Of a stretch of DNA of 64,000 bases, positions 28,787 through 37,533 are shown one piece after another (position 1 is the stretch's first letter; the number at the start of each line of letters is the position of its first letter). The position numbers and the translations under genes were made by a program. Origin of the DNA: an uncultured Candidatus Saccharibacteria bacterium (GTDB lineage: Bacteria; Patescibacteriota; Saccharimonadia; Saccharimonadales; Saccharimonadaceae); NCBI GenBank assembly GCA_963530135.1, contig CAUSBS010000003.1, positions 40,373 to 104,372 on the forward strand. Direction: 5' to 3'. The notes under the pieces are model-generated. The model did no database searches, was not told the DNA's origin, and was given only the letters and a program-made list of their open reading frames with translations.

Positions 28787-29613
28787 TCACCACTATATAG
28801 CTTTCCACAAGTCACTCTTTCAAACCCTAGAGACGAGTACATCTCCTCCACTGGCGAGTCCGCTTCAGTCTGCAGCAGAATTGTAGGATTGTCGTGCTTA
28901 AACCGCGCGTTTACCTCACGCACTATTGCTTTTGTAGCAAGAGAGCCGTAACCTTTTCTTCTGGAATCAGGGGCTGTTCCTACCGAGTAGATCGCCCCAA
29001 AATCTGGCCCAATCAGGGCCGAGCCGACTGCGACACACCGACCGTCTACCGTAACTTTGCTATGTACAGCATGAATCAACGGATGCTTGGGCTCCTGTTG
29101 TGCATACGACCGCACATATGCAAAGGGTAGCCCAGAATAGCCAATCTCCCCACCATCCTCGTCGGGAGTGCCATACGCAGCCTCGAAGACCATCAGCATA
29201 TCCTTATCAGGCCGATTCACAACCGTGACAGAAATCCCTGAGGTATCGACAGTTGAGCAGTCTATTAGCGCTGTGTCATCGGCTAAAACCATCCATGCTT
29301 CACGAGATTCCAGAGAAAAGGACATGTCGTCAAGCGAATCTGTAGTCCAGATGTTGAGAGGATATCCGTACTGCCTACAGTAGGTGGATATCTGCGCCAT
29401 GTCCCCCTTCGAAGGTGCCCTCCCATCAACGCGGTAAGCGTAGTTCCAGTAGCAGTCGTCAATTCCCGACTGCCCTTGGGCATACCACCATCCATTCCCA
29501 ATCGAATGAATCCCACGCAAAAAGACGCCAACGTTTGCTTCATTGTGGAATGTAACGAGTTTTGGTAGGATTATGACTTCCATTCTATCGATGACGCCGA
29601 GGAATAAGTACAC
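28783..29613 (-). CDS. GNAT-family N-acetyltransferase (C-terminal domain) with unknown N-terminal domain
   Basis: GNAT motif A is VGTAPDSRRKGYGSLATKAIV. Its stop overlaps the deaminase start (ATGA). Confidence 0.6.
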   Translation of the reverse strand: MYLFLGVIDRMEVIILPKLVTFHNEANVGVFLRGIHSIGNGWWYAQGQSGIDDCYWNYAYRVDGRAPSKGDMAQISTYCRQYGYPLNIWTTDSLDDMSFSLESREAWMVLADDTALIDCSTVDTSGISVTVVNRPDKDMLMVFEAAYGTPDEDGGEIGYSGLPFAYVRSYAQQEPKHPLIHAVHSKVTVDGRCVAVGSALIGPDFGAIYSVGTAPDSRRKGYGSLATKAIVREVNARFKHDNPTILLQTEADSPVEEMYSSLGFERVTCGKLYSGE

Positions 29614-29615
29614 TC

Positions 29616-29707
29616 TGGCGGAAGGACGGGGATTCGAACCCCGGAGACCCCGTGAAGAGCCTACACACTTTCCAGGCGTGCCAGTTCAACCACTCCTGCA
29701 TCCTTCC
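29616..29707 (-). tRNA. tRNA-Ser(GGA), CCA encoded
   Basis: Hand fold: acceptor GGAAGGA, anticodon stem CACGC/GTGTG with loop CUGGAAA, long variable arm, T-arm CGGGGTTCGAATCCCCG. Confidence 0.85.
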
Positions 29708-29779
29708 GTGATGCATATTATAACAGAAAGTCCGCTAGCGGTTGCAACTAGAGCGGCTTTTTGTCTATAATAAAAAGCA

Positions 29780-30919
29780 ATGATGAACGATCCTTCAACG
29801 CGAATTAAACTTACTAATGTAACGAAACGATTTGGCTTTGGTGACGCCGAGCAGGTGGCGCTGGACAATGTCAATCTCGAGGTCAAAAAGGGCGAGTTTA
29901 TCGCCATCGTCGGCCCGTCTGGCTGCGGCAAGACAACCCTGCTCAACATCCTCGGATTGCTCGACCACCCGTCAGAGGGCGAATATTACCTCGACAACAA
30001 ACCGGTCGAGGATCTGACGGCGACCCATCACGCCACGATTCGTTCGCGCGATATTGGGTTTATTTTTCAACATTTCAATCTCATCCCGCGCCTGACGGTG
30101 ATCGATAACGTTGCCCTGCCGCTTACTTACAAGGGCATTAGCAAGACCAAGCGCCTCCAAGAAGCCAGTCGAATTTTGCGTAATTTCCATCTGGGCGAGC
30201 GCGAATATTATCTGCCGCATCAGCTATCCGGCGGTCAAGTTCAGCGCGTAGCGATTGCCCGTGCACTGGTCAACAGCCCGTCAATCATTCTGGCCGACGA
30301 GCCAACCGGCAACCTTGATTCCAAGTCCAGCCACATCATCATGGAGGAGCTGTCCGACATTCACCGCCGAGGCAACACGATTATCATGGTGACGCACAAT
30401 CCAGAATTATTGTCATATGCCAGCCGCGTGATTTCTATGCTTGATGGGCGCATTGATACCGATACGCACCACATCAAGAAGATCTTTAAGCAAAAGCTGG
30501 GCGGCGATGACCAGCCAACAACTCCAGTGAGTTCAACGCCGACACACACCGCAACCACTAAAGCTGAGAAAGAAGAAAAGGCCGAACCAGCAAAAACCGC
30601 TCCCGAGAAACCGACAACCAAAGAAGCAGCCACAGCCACCACCCCTGACAAACCTGCTGACCCAGTGAAATCCCCGGATGATCTCCCGCCAAAGCGGCCA
30701 CTTGGTGCTCCTTCAACCAAAGCGACCGCAAAAACCCAGAAAGCTGATACCGAACAGAGTAAAAAATCAGCCGACCCTGATACTGCAAAACGTTCTAGCA
30801 CGCCAACCGAAAAGAAGCCCACCCCTAAGTCCGATAAGTCTGACGATACAAAAACCGATGCCGCCAAATCAACCAAGAAACCAGCCAAAAAAGAACGGAA
30901 AGCTACGAAAAAGTCATGA
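29780..30919 (+). CDS. ABC transporter ATP-binding protein (MacB/FtsE-like) with ~150-aa Lys/Pro/Thr/Ala-rich C-terminal tail
   Basis: Walker A GPSGCGKTT, signature LSGGQVQR, Walker B ILADEPT. The tail runs from about residue 235. Confidence 0.88.
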   Translation: MMNDPSTRIKLTNVTKRFGFGDAEQVALDNVNLEVKKGEFIAIVGPSGCGKTTLLNILGLLDHPSEGEYYLDNKPVEDLTATHHATIRSRDIGFIFQHFNLIPRLTVIDNVALPLTYKGISKTKRLQEASRILRNFHLGEREYYLPHQLSGGQVQRVAIARALVNSPSIILADEPTGNLDSKSSHIIMEELSDIHRRGNTIIMVTHNPELLSYASRVISMLDGRIDTDTHHIKKIFKQKLGGDDQPTTPVSSTPTHTATTKAEKEEKAEPAKTAPEKPTTKEAATATTPDKPADPVKSPDDLPPKRPLGAPSTKATAKTQKADTEQSKKSADPDTAKRSSTPTEKKPTPKSDKSDDTKTDAAKSTKKPAKKERKATKKS

Positions 30920-32133
30920 AAATGCTCCTCAATAATCACTTCGAGAACGCAACTGAGTCACTCAAATCAAATAAAGTCCGCACCTACCTGTCGATTTTTG
31001 GCATCATGGTCGGCATCGCCAGTATCACCATTATCCTGTCACTGCTGACCGGCACGAGTCGCCTGTTTGGTGATCAGTCTGCCAAGATCTCTGATACCAC
31101 AGCGTTAATTCGATCTGGTAGCGAGGCGCGGCCAGATTCATTACTGTCACTCAGCTCCGGACACGCTGCTCAGATGGTGAACACACTAACCGAGCAGGAT
31201 GCCCGAGAAATTGCCAAGGCGACCGACAATAGCGCCGCACCGCTGGCAACATTTCATGCAAATCTATCGACACCAGACGGCAAAACAAAGCTAGAACGCA
31301 TCACCGTTATCGGTAGCTCGGGCGAGCTGGCGAAACTCGCCGGCCTCAAGTTGCGCGAAGGACAATTCATCGACGAAGCCAACGGCGTCGTGATCGGCAA
31401 ACAGCTGTCGATTGACCTATTTGGCACTGAAAAATCCCTCGGCAGCGTCCTCAAACTCCGTGGCGAGACACTCACAGTCGTCGGCGTCCTCGACGAGCCG
31501 GAAACTGCACCTAGTTACCTCGGCGTTGATTTTAATCGCTCCATCGTTCTGCCGCTCACGGTCAGCAAAAAGTTCACCCAAAACACCGCCCAGATCCAGC
31601 AGATTCTCATCACTGCCGACAATGGTACAGCGCTGCAAACCAAAATTGACGCAGCCAAAAAAGTCCTCGCCCAACAGCATCAAGGCGATACCGACTACCA
31701 TACCTTGGTCGGCCAAGCCATCACCGCCCCAAATTCCCACCTGGTGAACGCACTCTCGACAGCCATGGCGGTCATCGCCGGCATCTCGCTACTGGTCGGC
31801 GGCATCGGCATCACCAACATCATGCTGGTTTCGGTTGCTGAACGCCAACGCGAAGTCGGTATCCGCAAAGCCGTTGGCGCCACCAACCGCACCATCATTG
31901 CCCAGTTCCTCATCGAATCAGCCATTATCGGTCTGTTTGGCGGTGTTCTCGGCTACGTTATTGGCCTCGGCGCGTCATTCCTCCTTGGTATGTATCTGCC
32001 ATTCACCCCAGTTCTCGAATGGCAAGCAGCCGCCCTGACTATCGGCGGAGCACTCATCATTGGTATGCTCTTTGGCATCTATCCAGCCAGCCGCGCTGCT
32101 GGTAAAGACCCAATTGAAAGCTTACGCCACTAA
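30916..32133 (+). CDS. ABC transporter permease, FtsX/MacB-type
   Basis: N-terminal TM, a large periplasmic-type loop, and a C-terminal FtsX-like 3-TM bundle (RQREVGIRKAVGATNRTI). The start overlaps the ATPase stop (ATGA). Confidence 0.85.
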   Translation: MKMLLNNHFENATESLKSNKVRTYLSIFGIMVGIASITIILSLLTGTSRLFGDQSAKISDTTALIRSGSEARPDSLLSLSSGHAAQMVNTLTEQDAREIAKATDNSAAPLATFHANLSTPDGKTKLERITVIGSSGELAKLAGLKLREGQFIDEANGVVIGKQLSIDLFGTEKSLGSVLKLRGETLTVVGVLDEPETAPSYLGVDFNRSIVLPLTVSKKFTQNTAQIQQILITADNGTALQTKIDAAKKVLAQQHQGDTDYHTLVGQAITAPNSHLVNALSTAMAVIAGISLLVGGIGITNIMLVSVAERQREVGIRKAVGATNRTIIAQFLIESAIIGLFGGVLGYVIGLGASFLLGMYLPFTPVLEWQAAALTIGGALIIGMLFGIYPASRAAGKDPIESLRH

Positions 32134-32176
32134 ATCACACAAATCCGCCATAGCCCCTCAACAGATTCTAAAATAA

Positions 32177-32216
32177 AAGCGACGCCCCATCTGCCTTGGG
32201 CGCCGCTTTTCATTTT
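32177..32216. terminator. bidirectional terminator between the ABC permease and pgi
   Basis: Stem AAGCGACGCCC / GGGCGCCGCTT (one mismatch), flanked by T-runs on both strands. Confidence 0.6.
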
Positions 32217-32231
32217 CTGGTCCAAATGAGC

Positions 32232-33269
32232 CTACGACAATTCCTTCTTTAGCTGCTCCACCAGCGCCACTGGCTCTGGATTGACACCGTTAAGAATACC
32301 CGCATAAATACTGACAATCTCGCCCAGCGCCAGCCCCCACAGCAGCTGCTCAACCAGTGTCTCGCCCTGCAGCTCGATTACTTCAGCCTTCGGGCGCATA
32401 CCCGATAATAACCGATCAGTCAGCTCCATCCGCTCCCGAATCCGCGGACGCTCAAGGCTGCTCCGAAAATCCACGACCTTATACGGCTTATCGACCGGAT
32501 GTGATGACCAGCCGATGAATTCATTGTGGCTGAACTCCGGATATTGATTCCAAAACGCCACGTTTTTCGCTGACTCGTTAAAGCTAATCTTCCACTTATA
32601 CGCTAATGGCCATGTCAATTCGCCCGCATAAAACACCTGTGTCGAGCCAACCAGCTTGAGCGCCAGTTGCTTGGCATAATTATCCGCCGTCGGTACATCT
32701 TCAGCCCATTGGCTCAGCTGGTCCTTCAGCCACGCACCTCTGGCTGCCACTGCGCGGTACAGGCTATCGTCAATCACCTCAAACTGGCTGAGTAACTTCA
32801 ACAACCCGCGCAAATGATAAATCGTTGACATCCGTGGCTGGCCACCCGACGGAACGCGCACCCGCGGCAGACCATCGGCCTCGGCCGCTGCAAACAATTT
32901 CCCACCCGTCGCCATCACCGCCAACTGACAGCCATGCTCACGAGCCTGCTGATAGCAGCTCATCGTCTCCTCGGTATTTCCCGAGTGGCTAATAGCAATG
33001 ACCAAGGTTCTTTCATTCACAAAATGTGGCAACTGGTAGCCCTTTACTACCTCGAGTGGTACCGTGATCTGATCAGCCGTCAGCACCTTGACCATATCTG
33101 CCGCCAGTGCCGAGCCGCCCATGCCAGCCAGCACCACACTGGTTACTTCACCAGGGATCGCCGGTGACTCTACTTCAGCCGCAAAGTCCGTCTGTGTCGT
33201 CACTGCCACTGCACTCATTCGTGTATTACCCGGGTCGCGCTGCGCTAAAAGATTTTTATCGTCAAGCAT
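32232..33269 (-). CDS. pgi: bifunctional phosphoglucose/phosphomannose isomerase (SIS domain)
   Basis: SIS motifs are VLAGMGGSALAADMV and AISHSGNTEET. Confidence 0.75.
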   Translation of the reverse strand: MLDDKNLLAQRDPGNTRMSAVAVTTQTDFAAEVESPAIPGEVTSVVLAGMGGSALAADMVKVLTADQITVPLEVVKGYQLPHFVNERTLVIAISHSGNTEETMSCYQQAREHGCQLAVMATGGKLFAAAEADGLPRVRVPSGGQPRMSTIYHLRGLLKLLSQFEVIDDSLYRAVAARGAWLKDQLSQWAEDVPTADNYAKQLALKLVGSTQVFYAGELTWPLAYKWKISFNESAKNVAFWNQYPEFSHNEFIGWSSHPVDKPYKVVDFRSSLERPRIRERMELTDRLLSGMRPKAEVIELQGETLVEQLLWGLALGEIVSIYAGILNGVNPEPVALVEQLKKELS

Positions 33270-33346
33270 CTTGAAATTCCTCCTTTTCCTGTGTTACAGT
33301 ATAGCATAGCAAGCAAGCGTAACCGTAATGTGAAAAGAGGTGGGGT

Positions 33347-33817
33347 ATGACAATTCAAGATAGCGGACGAGTTAACAACGATCAGGATCTAGCCAGCGTG
33401 TTGGCGGGTGTTTCTGGTGGCAGTGATGACAATCTACGCTTTGAAGAAACCGGCGCACAGGACGCTAATACAACTAACCGCTCGGCTAATCCACAGGCCA
33501 GCACCACGCCAAATACAACCACGCCGGTATCACGACCAACCACCGACAGCACTAGCCGATCATATACCGCTCCGACTGATATGTCGCTTGATGATATCAA
33601 GCAAAATGCCCTCAGCGAGCTTCGCCCACTAGTCGGCAAGCTGAACGTCTCGCCCGAGGAAAAGTTCGACACCTACCTCCTGTTGCTGCGCTCGACTGAT
33701 GACACCTCGCTAATCGGCCCGGCGCATGAAGCTGCCGTTGCTATCCCCGACGAAACCCGTAAAGCCCAGGCGCTGCTTGATATTATCAAGGAAATTGATT
33801 TCTTGTCGCAGAGCTGA
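33347..33817 (+). CDS. hypothetical protein with disordered N-terminal half
   Basis: ORF with a GAGGTGGGG SD; no recognised motif. Confidence 0.45.
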   Translation: MTIQDSGRVNNDQDLASVLAGVSGGSDDNLRFEETGAQDANTTNRSANPQASTTPNTTTPVSRPTTDSTSRSYTAPTDMSLDDIKQNALSELRPLVGKLNVSPEEKFDTYLLLLRSTDDTSLIGPAHEAAVAIPDETRKAQALLDIIKEIDFLSQS

Positions 33818-33881
33818 GACTACAGCTGTAAGGACAATCTAGCACGAACCCAAAGTCATTAAATACTCACGCAAGTAATAA

Positions 33882-33906
33882 TAAAAAGTCCCGCATCAAA
33901 CGGGAC
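33882..33906 (-). terminator. rho-independent terminator of groEL
   Basis: The minus strand reads GTCCCG-TTTGATG-CGGGAC followed by TTTTTAT. Confidence 0.7.
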
Positions 33907-33930
33907 ATTTTATTAGTAAAAGTAAGAGGC

Positions 33931-35574
33931 TTACATCATCCCCATGCCCGGCATGCCGCCAGGTGCAGCTGGAGCTTCTGGCTCTGGTACGTCGACGACC
34001 AGTGCGCCCATGGTTGCTGCGGTTGAGGCGATTGACACCGCGTTCTGCACCGCTTCCTTGGTGACGCGCGCCGGGTCGATGACGCCAGCTTTTTTGACAT
34101 CCACGAGACCTGCTTCCGGATCCATGACGTTAACACCACATCCAGCCTTACCTGCCTCGACTTGCGCCAAAAGCGCGTCAGCGTTCAAGCCAGCATTGCG
34201 CATAATCTGCAGGAATGGCTGCTTCAGGGCGTCCTTTAGAATCTGCCGGCCAGCCGCGATGCTGTCTGCACCAGTCACCTTCAGGCCGCCAGCCAAGTTC
34301 ACCAAGGTTACGCCACCACCAGCGACGATTCCCTCGGCTAAGGCTGCCTTGGTAGCTGCCACGGCGTCGTCCACACGGAACTTCTTTTCATCAATTTCTG
34401 TCTCGGTCGCACCGCCGACTTTGATAACGGCCACCTTGCCAGATAGCGCCGCTGCTCGCTTGTCGAATTGTTCTTTCTCGTATTCGCTTGAGGCATTGTC
34501 AGACAGTGCCTTGATCTGAGCAATCTGCTCCTGCACTGCTGATGGCTTGCCCGCGCCCTCAACGATGGTGGTCTCGTCTTTGCCGACAATCACCTTGCGC
34601 GCCGAACCTAGAACCTCCAAGCCGGCATTCTCAAACGTCAACCCATGATCTTCAGAAATCACCGTTGCGCCGGTCAAGACTGCGATGTCGCGCAAAATCT
34701 CCTTACGGCGGTCGCCAAAGCTTGGCGCCTTGACCGCCACGGTATTAAATACACCCTTGAGCTTGTTCAGCACCAAAATACTCAGCGCTTCACCCTCAAC
34801 CTCATCGGCGATCAACACTACGTCCTTTTTACCAGATTGTGCCAATTTCTCCAGCATTGGTAGGAACTCTTGCACGCTGGAAATCTTCTTATCGGTAATC
34901 AAAATTGCTGGTTTTTCGTAAACCGCCTCTTGCCGACCAGTGTCGGTAACGAAGAACGGACTGACCCAGCCCTTGTCCAAGCTAAAGCCTTCAACGACCT
35001 CAGCTTCTAGCTCCAGGCCCTGGCCGGCCTCGACCGTTACCACGCCGTCTTTGCCAACTTTTTCGATGACATTGGCGATCAATTTGCCAATTTCTGCGTC
35101 ACCGGCCGAAATGGTTGCCACTTCCGCCACGCGCTCAGATTTGCCTTCAATTGGCTCAGCTAATGTGTTCAGCTCTTTGACAATTTCCGCACCAGCCTGC
35201 TCAATACCCTTGCGCAGCTCCATTGGGTTGTGTCCCGCTGCGATCAACCGGTTGGCCTCCTTCAAAATCGAATAGGTGAGCACTGTCACGGTCGTGGTGC
35301 CGTCACCAGCCTGCTTGTTCAAATTCTTGGCTGCCTGCTTGATCAAATCAGCACCAACCTTATAGCCCAGCGTCTCGTCGTCTTGCTCACCCAGCTCAAT
35401 ACCTTCCGCTACCGTCACACCGTCGTGCGTCACGGTTGGCCCGCCAAACCCCTTGGCAATCACCACATTGCGGCCCTTTGGCCCGTAGGTTACCTTAACT
35501 GCGTTATACAGCGCCTCGGCACCGCCCAACACGCGAGCGCGCGCATCATCATCGTAAAAAACTTTTTTTGCCAT
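33931..35574 (-). CDS. groL: chaperonin GroEL
   Basis: Contains MAKKVFYDDDAR and AVKAPSFGDRRK, and ends in GGMPGMGMM. Start set at ATG 35574 behind a GGGGAG SD. Confidence 0.97.
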   Translation of the reverse strand: MAKKVFYDDDARARVLGGAEALYNAVKVTYGPKGRNVVIAKGFGGPTVTHDGVTVAEGIELGEQDDETLGYKVGADLIKQAAKNLNKQAGDGTTTVTVLTYSILKEANRLIAAGHNPMELRKGIEQAGAEIVKELNTLAEPIEGKSERVAEVATISAGDAEIGKLIANVIEKVGKDGVVTVEAGQGLELEAEVVEGFSLDKGWVSPFFVTDTGRQEAVYEKPAILITDKKISSVQEFLPMLEKLAQSGKKDVVLIADEVEGEALSILVLNKLKGVFNTVAVKAPSFGDRRKEILRDIAVLTGATVISEDHGLTFENAGLEVLGSARKVIVGKDETTIVEGAGKPSAVQEQIAQIKALSDNASSEYEKEQFDKRAAALSGKVAVIKVGGATETEIDEKKFRVDDAVAATKAALAEGIVAGGGVTLVNLAGGLKVTGADSIAAGRQILKDALKQPFLQIMRNAGLNADALLAQVEAGKAGCGVNVMDPEAGLVDVKKAGVIDPARVTKEAVQNAVSIASTAATMGALVVDVPEPEAPAAPGGMPGMGMM

Positions 35575-35593
35575 ACTAAAAACTCCCCTTTTC

Positions 35594-35860
35594 TCAAACA
35601 ACCGTTGCTAAAATATCTTCCTCGCGGACGATCAAATATTCCGTGCCGTCTATTTTCAAATCCGTGGTCGAATATTCCTTATACACAATCTTGTCGCCCA
35701 CTTTCACATTCTTGACATCGCCGCCAACTGCTTTAACCTCAGCCACCACCGGCTTCTCCTTCGAGCTATCCGGTAAATATAATCCGCTAGCCGTCTGCGT
35801 CTTCGCCTCCTCGCGCACCGCTACCACGCGGTCGCCGAGAGGCTTGATAGGTGTATCCAT
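35594..35860 (-). CDS. groS: co-chaperonin GroES
   Basis: MDTPIKPLGDRVVAV..GLYLPDSSKEKP. Start set at ATG 35860 behind a GGAGG SD. Confidence 0.93.
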   Translation of the reverse strand: MDTPIKPLGDRVVAVREEAKTQTASGLYLPDSSKEKPVVAEVKAVGGDVKNVKVGDKIVYKEYSTTDLKIDGTEYLIVREEDILATVV

Positions 35861-35906
35861 ATCATCCTCCATTTCGTTAACAATATACCCATTGTACCGC
35901 ACCAAA

Positions 35907-35933
35907 TTAGCACTCGTCAAGGGCGAGTGCTAG
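35907..35933. promoter_or_regulatory. CIRCE operator (HrcA binding site) upstream of groES
   Basis: TTAGCACTC-N9-GAGTGCTAG matches the consensus TTAGCACTC-N9-GAGTGCTAA at 17 of 18 positions. Confidence 0.9.
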
Positions 35934-35964
35934 AAAAATCCACCAAAGCCAACACCAATACTGC

Positions 35965-35993
35965 TTGACTTTATAAATATATTGTGTTAATAT
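35965..35993 (+). promoter_or_regulatory. near-consensus promoter TTGACT-17 nt-TAATAT with TGn extension, 7 nt upstream of ATG 36001
   Basis: Hexamers at 35965..35970 and 35988..35993, with TG at 35985..35986. No SD lies before the ATG. Confidence 0.6.
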
Positions 35994-36000
35994 TCACAAG

Positions 36001-36315
36001 ATGTGTTTAGAAAAAACAACAACCCCAGATGGCAGAAGAGCCCCCAGGTACGTACAGGACGTACTTCGTGTGTTAGAGTATAATGATGATGGTATACCCA
36101 CCAAGGTTCAGACTCGCCTGGGTATCGTAGCGCTCAATGTTACCCACTGGCTACCCATTGAGCACACCACACACTACGAAGGGACTGCACTATTTCCAAA
36201 GGGAGATAACGATGAGACTAGCGACACAACCAATCCCCAAGCCTTCTCTCTGACGATGTATGACACCAAGCACAATAATGTAGTGGGAGAATTAAGACCT
36301 CTTTTTCTCTACTAA
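36001..36315 (+). CDS. hypothetical 104-aa protein
   Basis: ORF immediately downstream of a strong promoter. It is convergent with the next gene, with a 24-nt 3' overlap. Confidence 0.45.
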   Translation: MCLEKTTTPDGRRAPRYVQDVLRVLEYNDDGIPTKVQTRLGIVALNVTHWLPIEHTTHYEGTALFPKGDNDETSDTTNPQAFSLTMYDTKHNNVVGELRPLFLY

Positions 36316-37470
36316 TGGAAAGGTTCTCTCTCCTTGTTTCTTCTTAATACGGCGGTTGTGCTCCTGCAGTAGTGTCATACTACTCTTACCCGCAGAGGAT
36401 GCTCCTTGTTTATTCCTTAGAAATTCCATTATCATCCCTGTCCTCGTATCGCTCTTTGCCATCATAAAATCATTAATACTTAAGTAGCTTAAGGCGGCGA
36501 TGTCCCTCTTAAGTCGCTTTGTTCTTTCATCAACATCAGCACCAACATCTTCTGGGGTTACACTTTCAACAAACCACGCTATCCGCCTTCTCAGGTTTTC
36601 TTGCGTAGGATTTTCGCGGTATAATCTATCCATCACGCCGGGAGAGGGGTCTGACACCTCTCTCCCATCAGGTTTGTGCTTGTCATACCATACCGGTATA
36701 TTATACATCCGGCGTTGTACTGATCTTGTACCATCTTTGTTGTCAATCTCCACAGATTTTCCCTCATTATAGGGTGCGGACCAAAAATATACACTCTCAA
36801 ACGTAGCGCTCGGCACTGCACGAGATAGTAATTTCGTAGCCATATAGGTCGTCGCGCCGCTACTTCTAATCTCATCCACGATCAATACATTTTTACCATC
36901 AAGCGTAGTAGGTAATTTCCACACCTCATTTTCATAATTATCAGGTGTCAGGTCACCAATGACAAACTTAGCACGAATAGCATTAATGGTATCCTCAGAG
37001 ACGTCCTTGATGTTAAATTCAAAAGGGTCACGATTTTCCTCCCCAACCAATGGAAGCTTCACGCGTGACCACCAGTCTTTACGATCAATATGAATAAAGC
37101 CAAGATGAGGCTTTTTTGCTCCCTTGTCGGCCATTACTTCCCATAGTGAATCAACGAGCCACGCAACAGGTCTAGCCGATTTATCTAGAAACAGTACCTC
37201 ATCTGGCACAAAAGCTGGCTGTTCATTCTCATAACCACCAAGATGCTGAATCATTGCATCTGTAAGATCAAGGTAGGCTGACAATATCCATTCTCTGCTC
37301 CACCGACCATTGAGTTCACTGCCACTAGGGGCGTCCCAAGTTCCTTGTTGCTCAAGTACCCCCCCATTGAGATAGCTTAAAACTGCTTCATTATCCTCTA
37401 AACCAGTTGTAATAGCATCATTGTGACTTGTTAATTTTTCTTTATTACCCATCGTAACGAATATTAGCAT
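36292..37470 (-). CDS. phosphoribosyltransferase-domain protein of unknown function
   Basis: PRPP-binding loop NVLIVDEIRSSGATTYMATKLL sits in the middle of a 392-aa protein. The flanking domains are unrecognised. Confidence 0.5.
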   Translation of the reverse strand: MLIFVTMGNKEKLTSHNDAITTGLEDNEAVLSYLNGGVLEQQGTWDAPSGSELNGRWSREWILSAYLDLTDAMIQHLGGYENEQPAFVPDEVLFLDKSARPVAWLVDSLWEVMADKGAKKPHLGFIHIDRKDWWSRVKLPLVGEENRDPFEFNIKDVSEDTINAIRAKFVIGDLTPDNYENEVWKLPTTLDGKNVLIVDEIRSSGATTYMATKLLSRAVPSATFESVYFWSAPYNEGKSVEIDNKDGTRSVQRRMYNIPVWYDKHKPDGREVSDPSPGVMDRLYRENPTQENLRRRIAWFVESVTPEDVGADVDERTKRLKRDIAALSYLSINDFMMAKSDTRTGMIMEFLRNKQGASSAGKSSMTLLQEHNRRIKKKQGERTFPLVEKKRS

Positions 37471-37533
37471 AAACTTGATAAAAAATCAAGTTCCTGACTC
37501 ACTACTCATATCAAAAGATGCTATACTATACTC

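Noticed and set aside
29616-29707. tRNA-flanked genomic island or integrative element at tRNA-Ser(GGA), tRNA-Ser(GCU) or tRNA-Asp
   Set aside because: I could not find an integrase or recombinase, a transposase, or a direct repeat of a tRNA 3' end next to any of the tRNAs.
30361-30939. 192-aa minus-strand ORF opposite the ABC ATPase tail
   Set aside because: It is the mirror frame of the Lys/Pro/Thr-rich tail, has no start context, and is fully contained in a well-supported gene.
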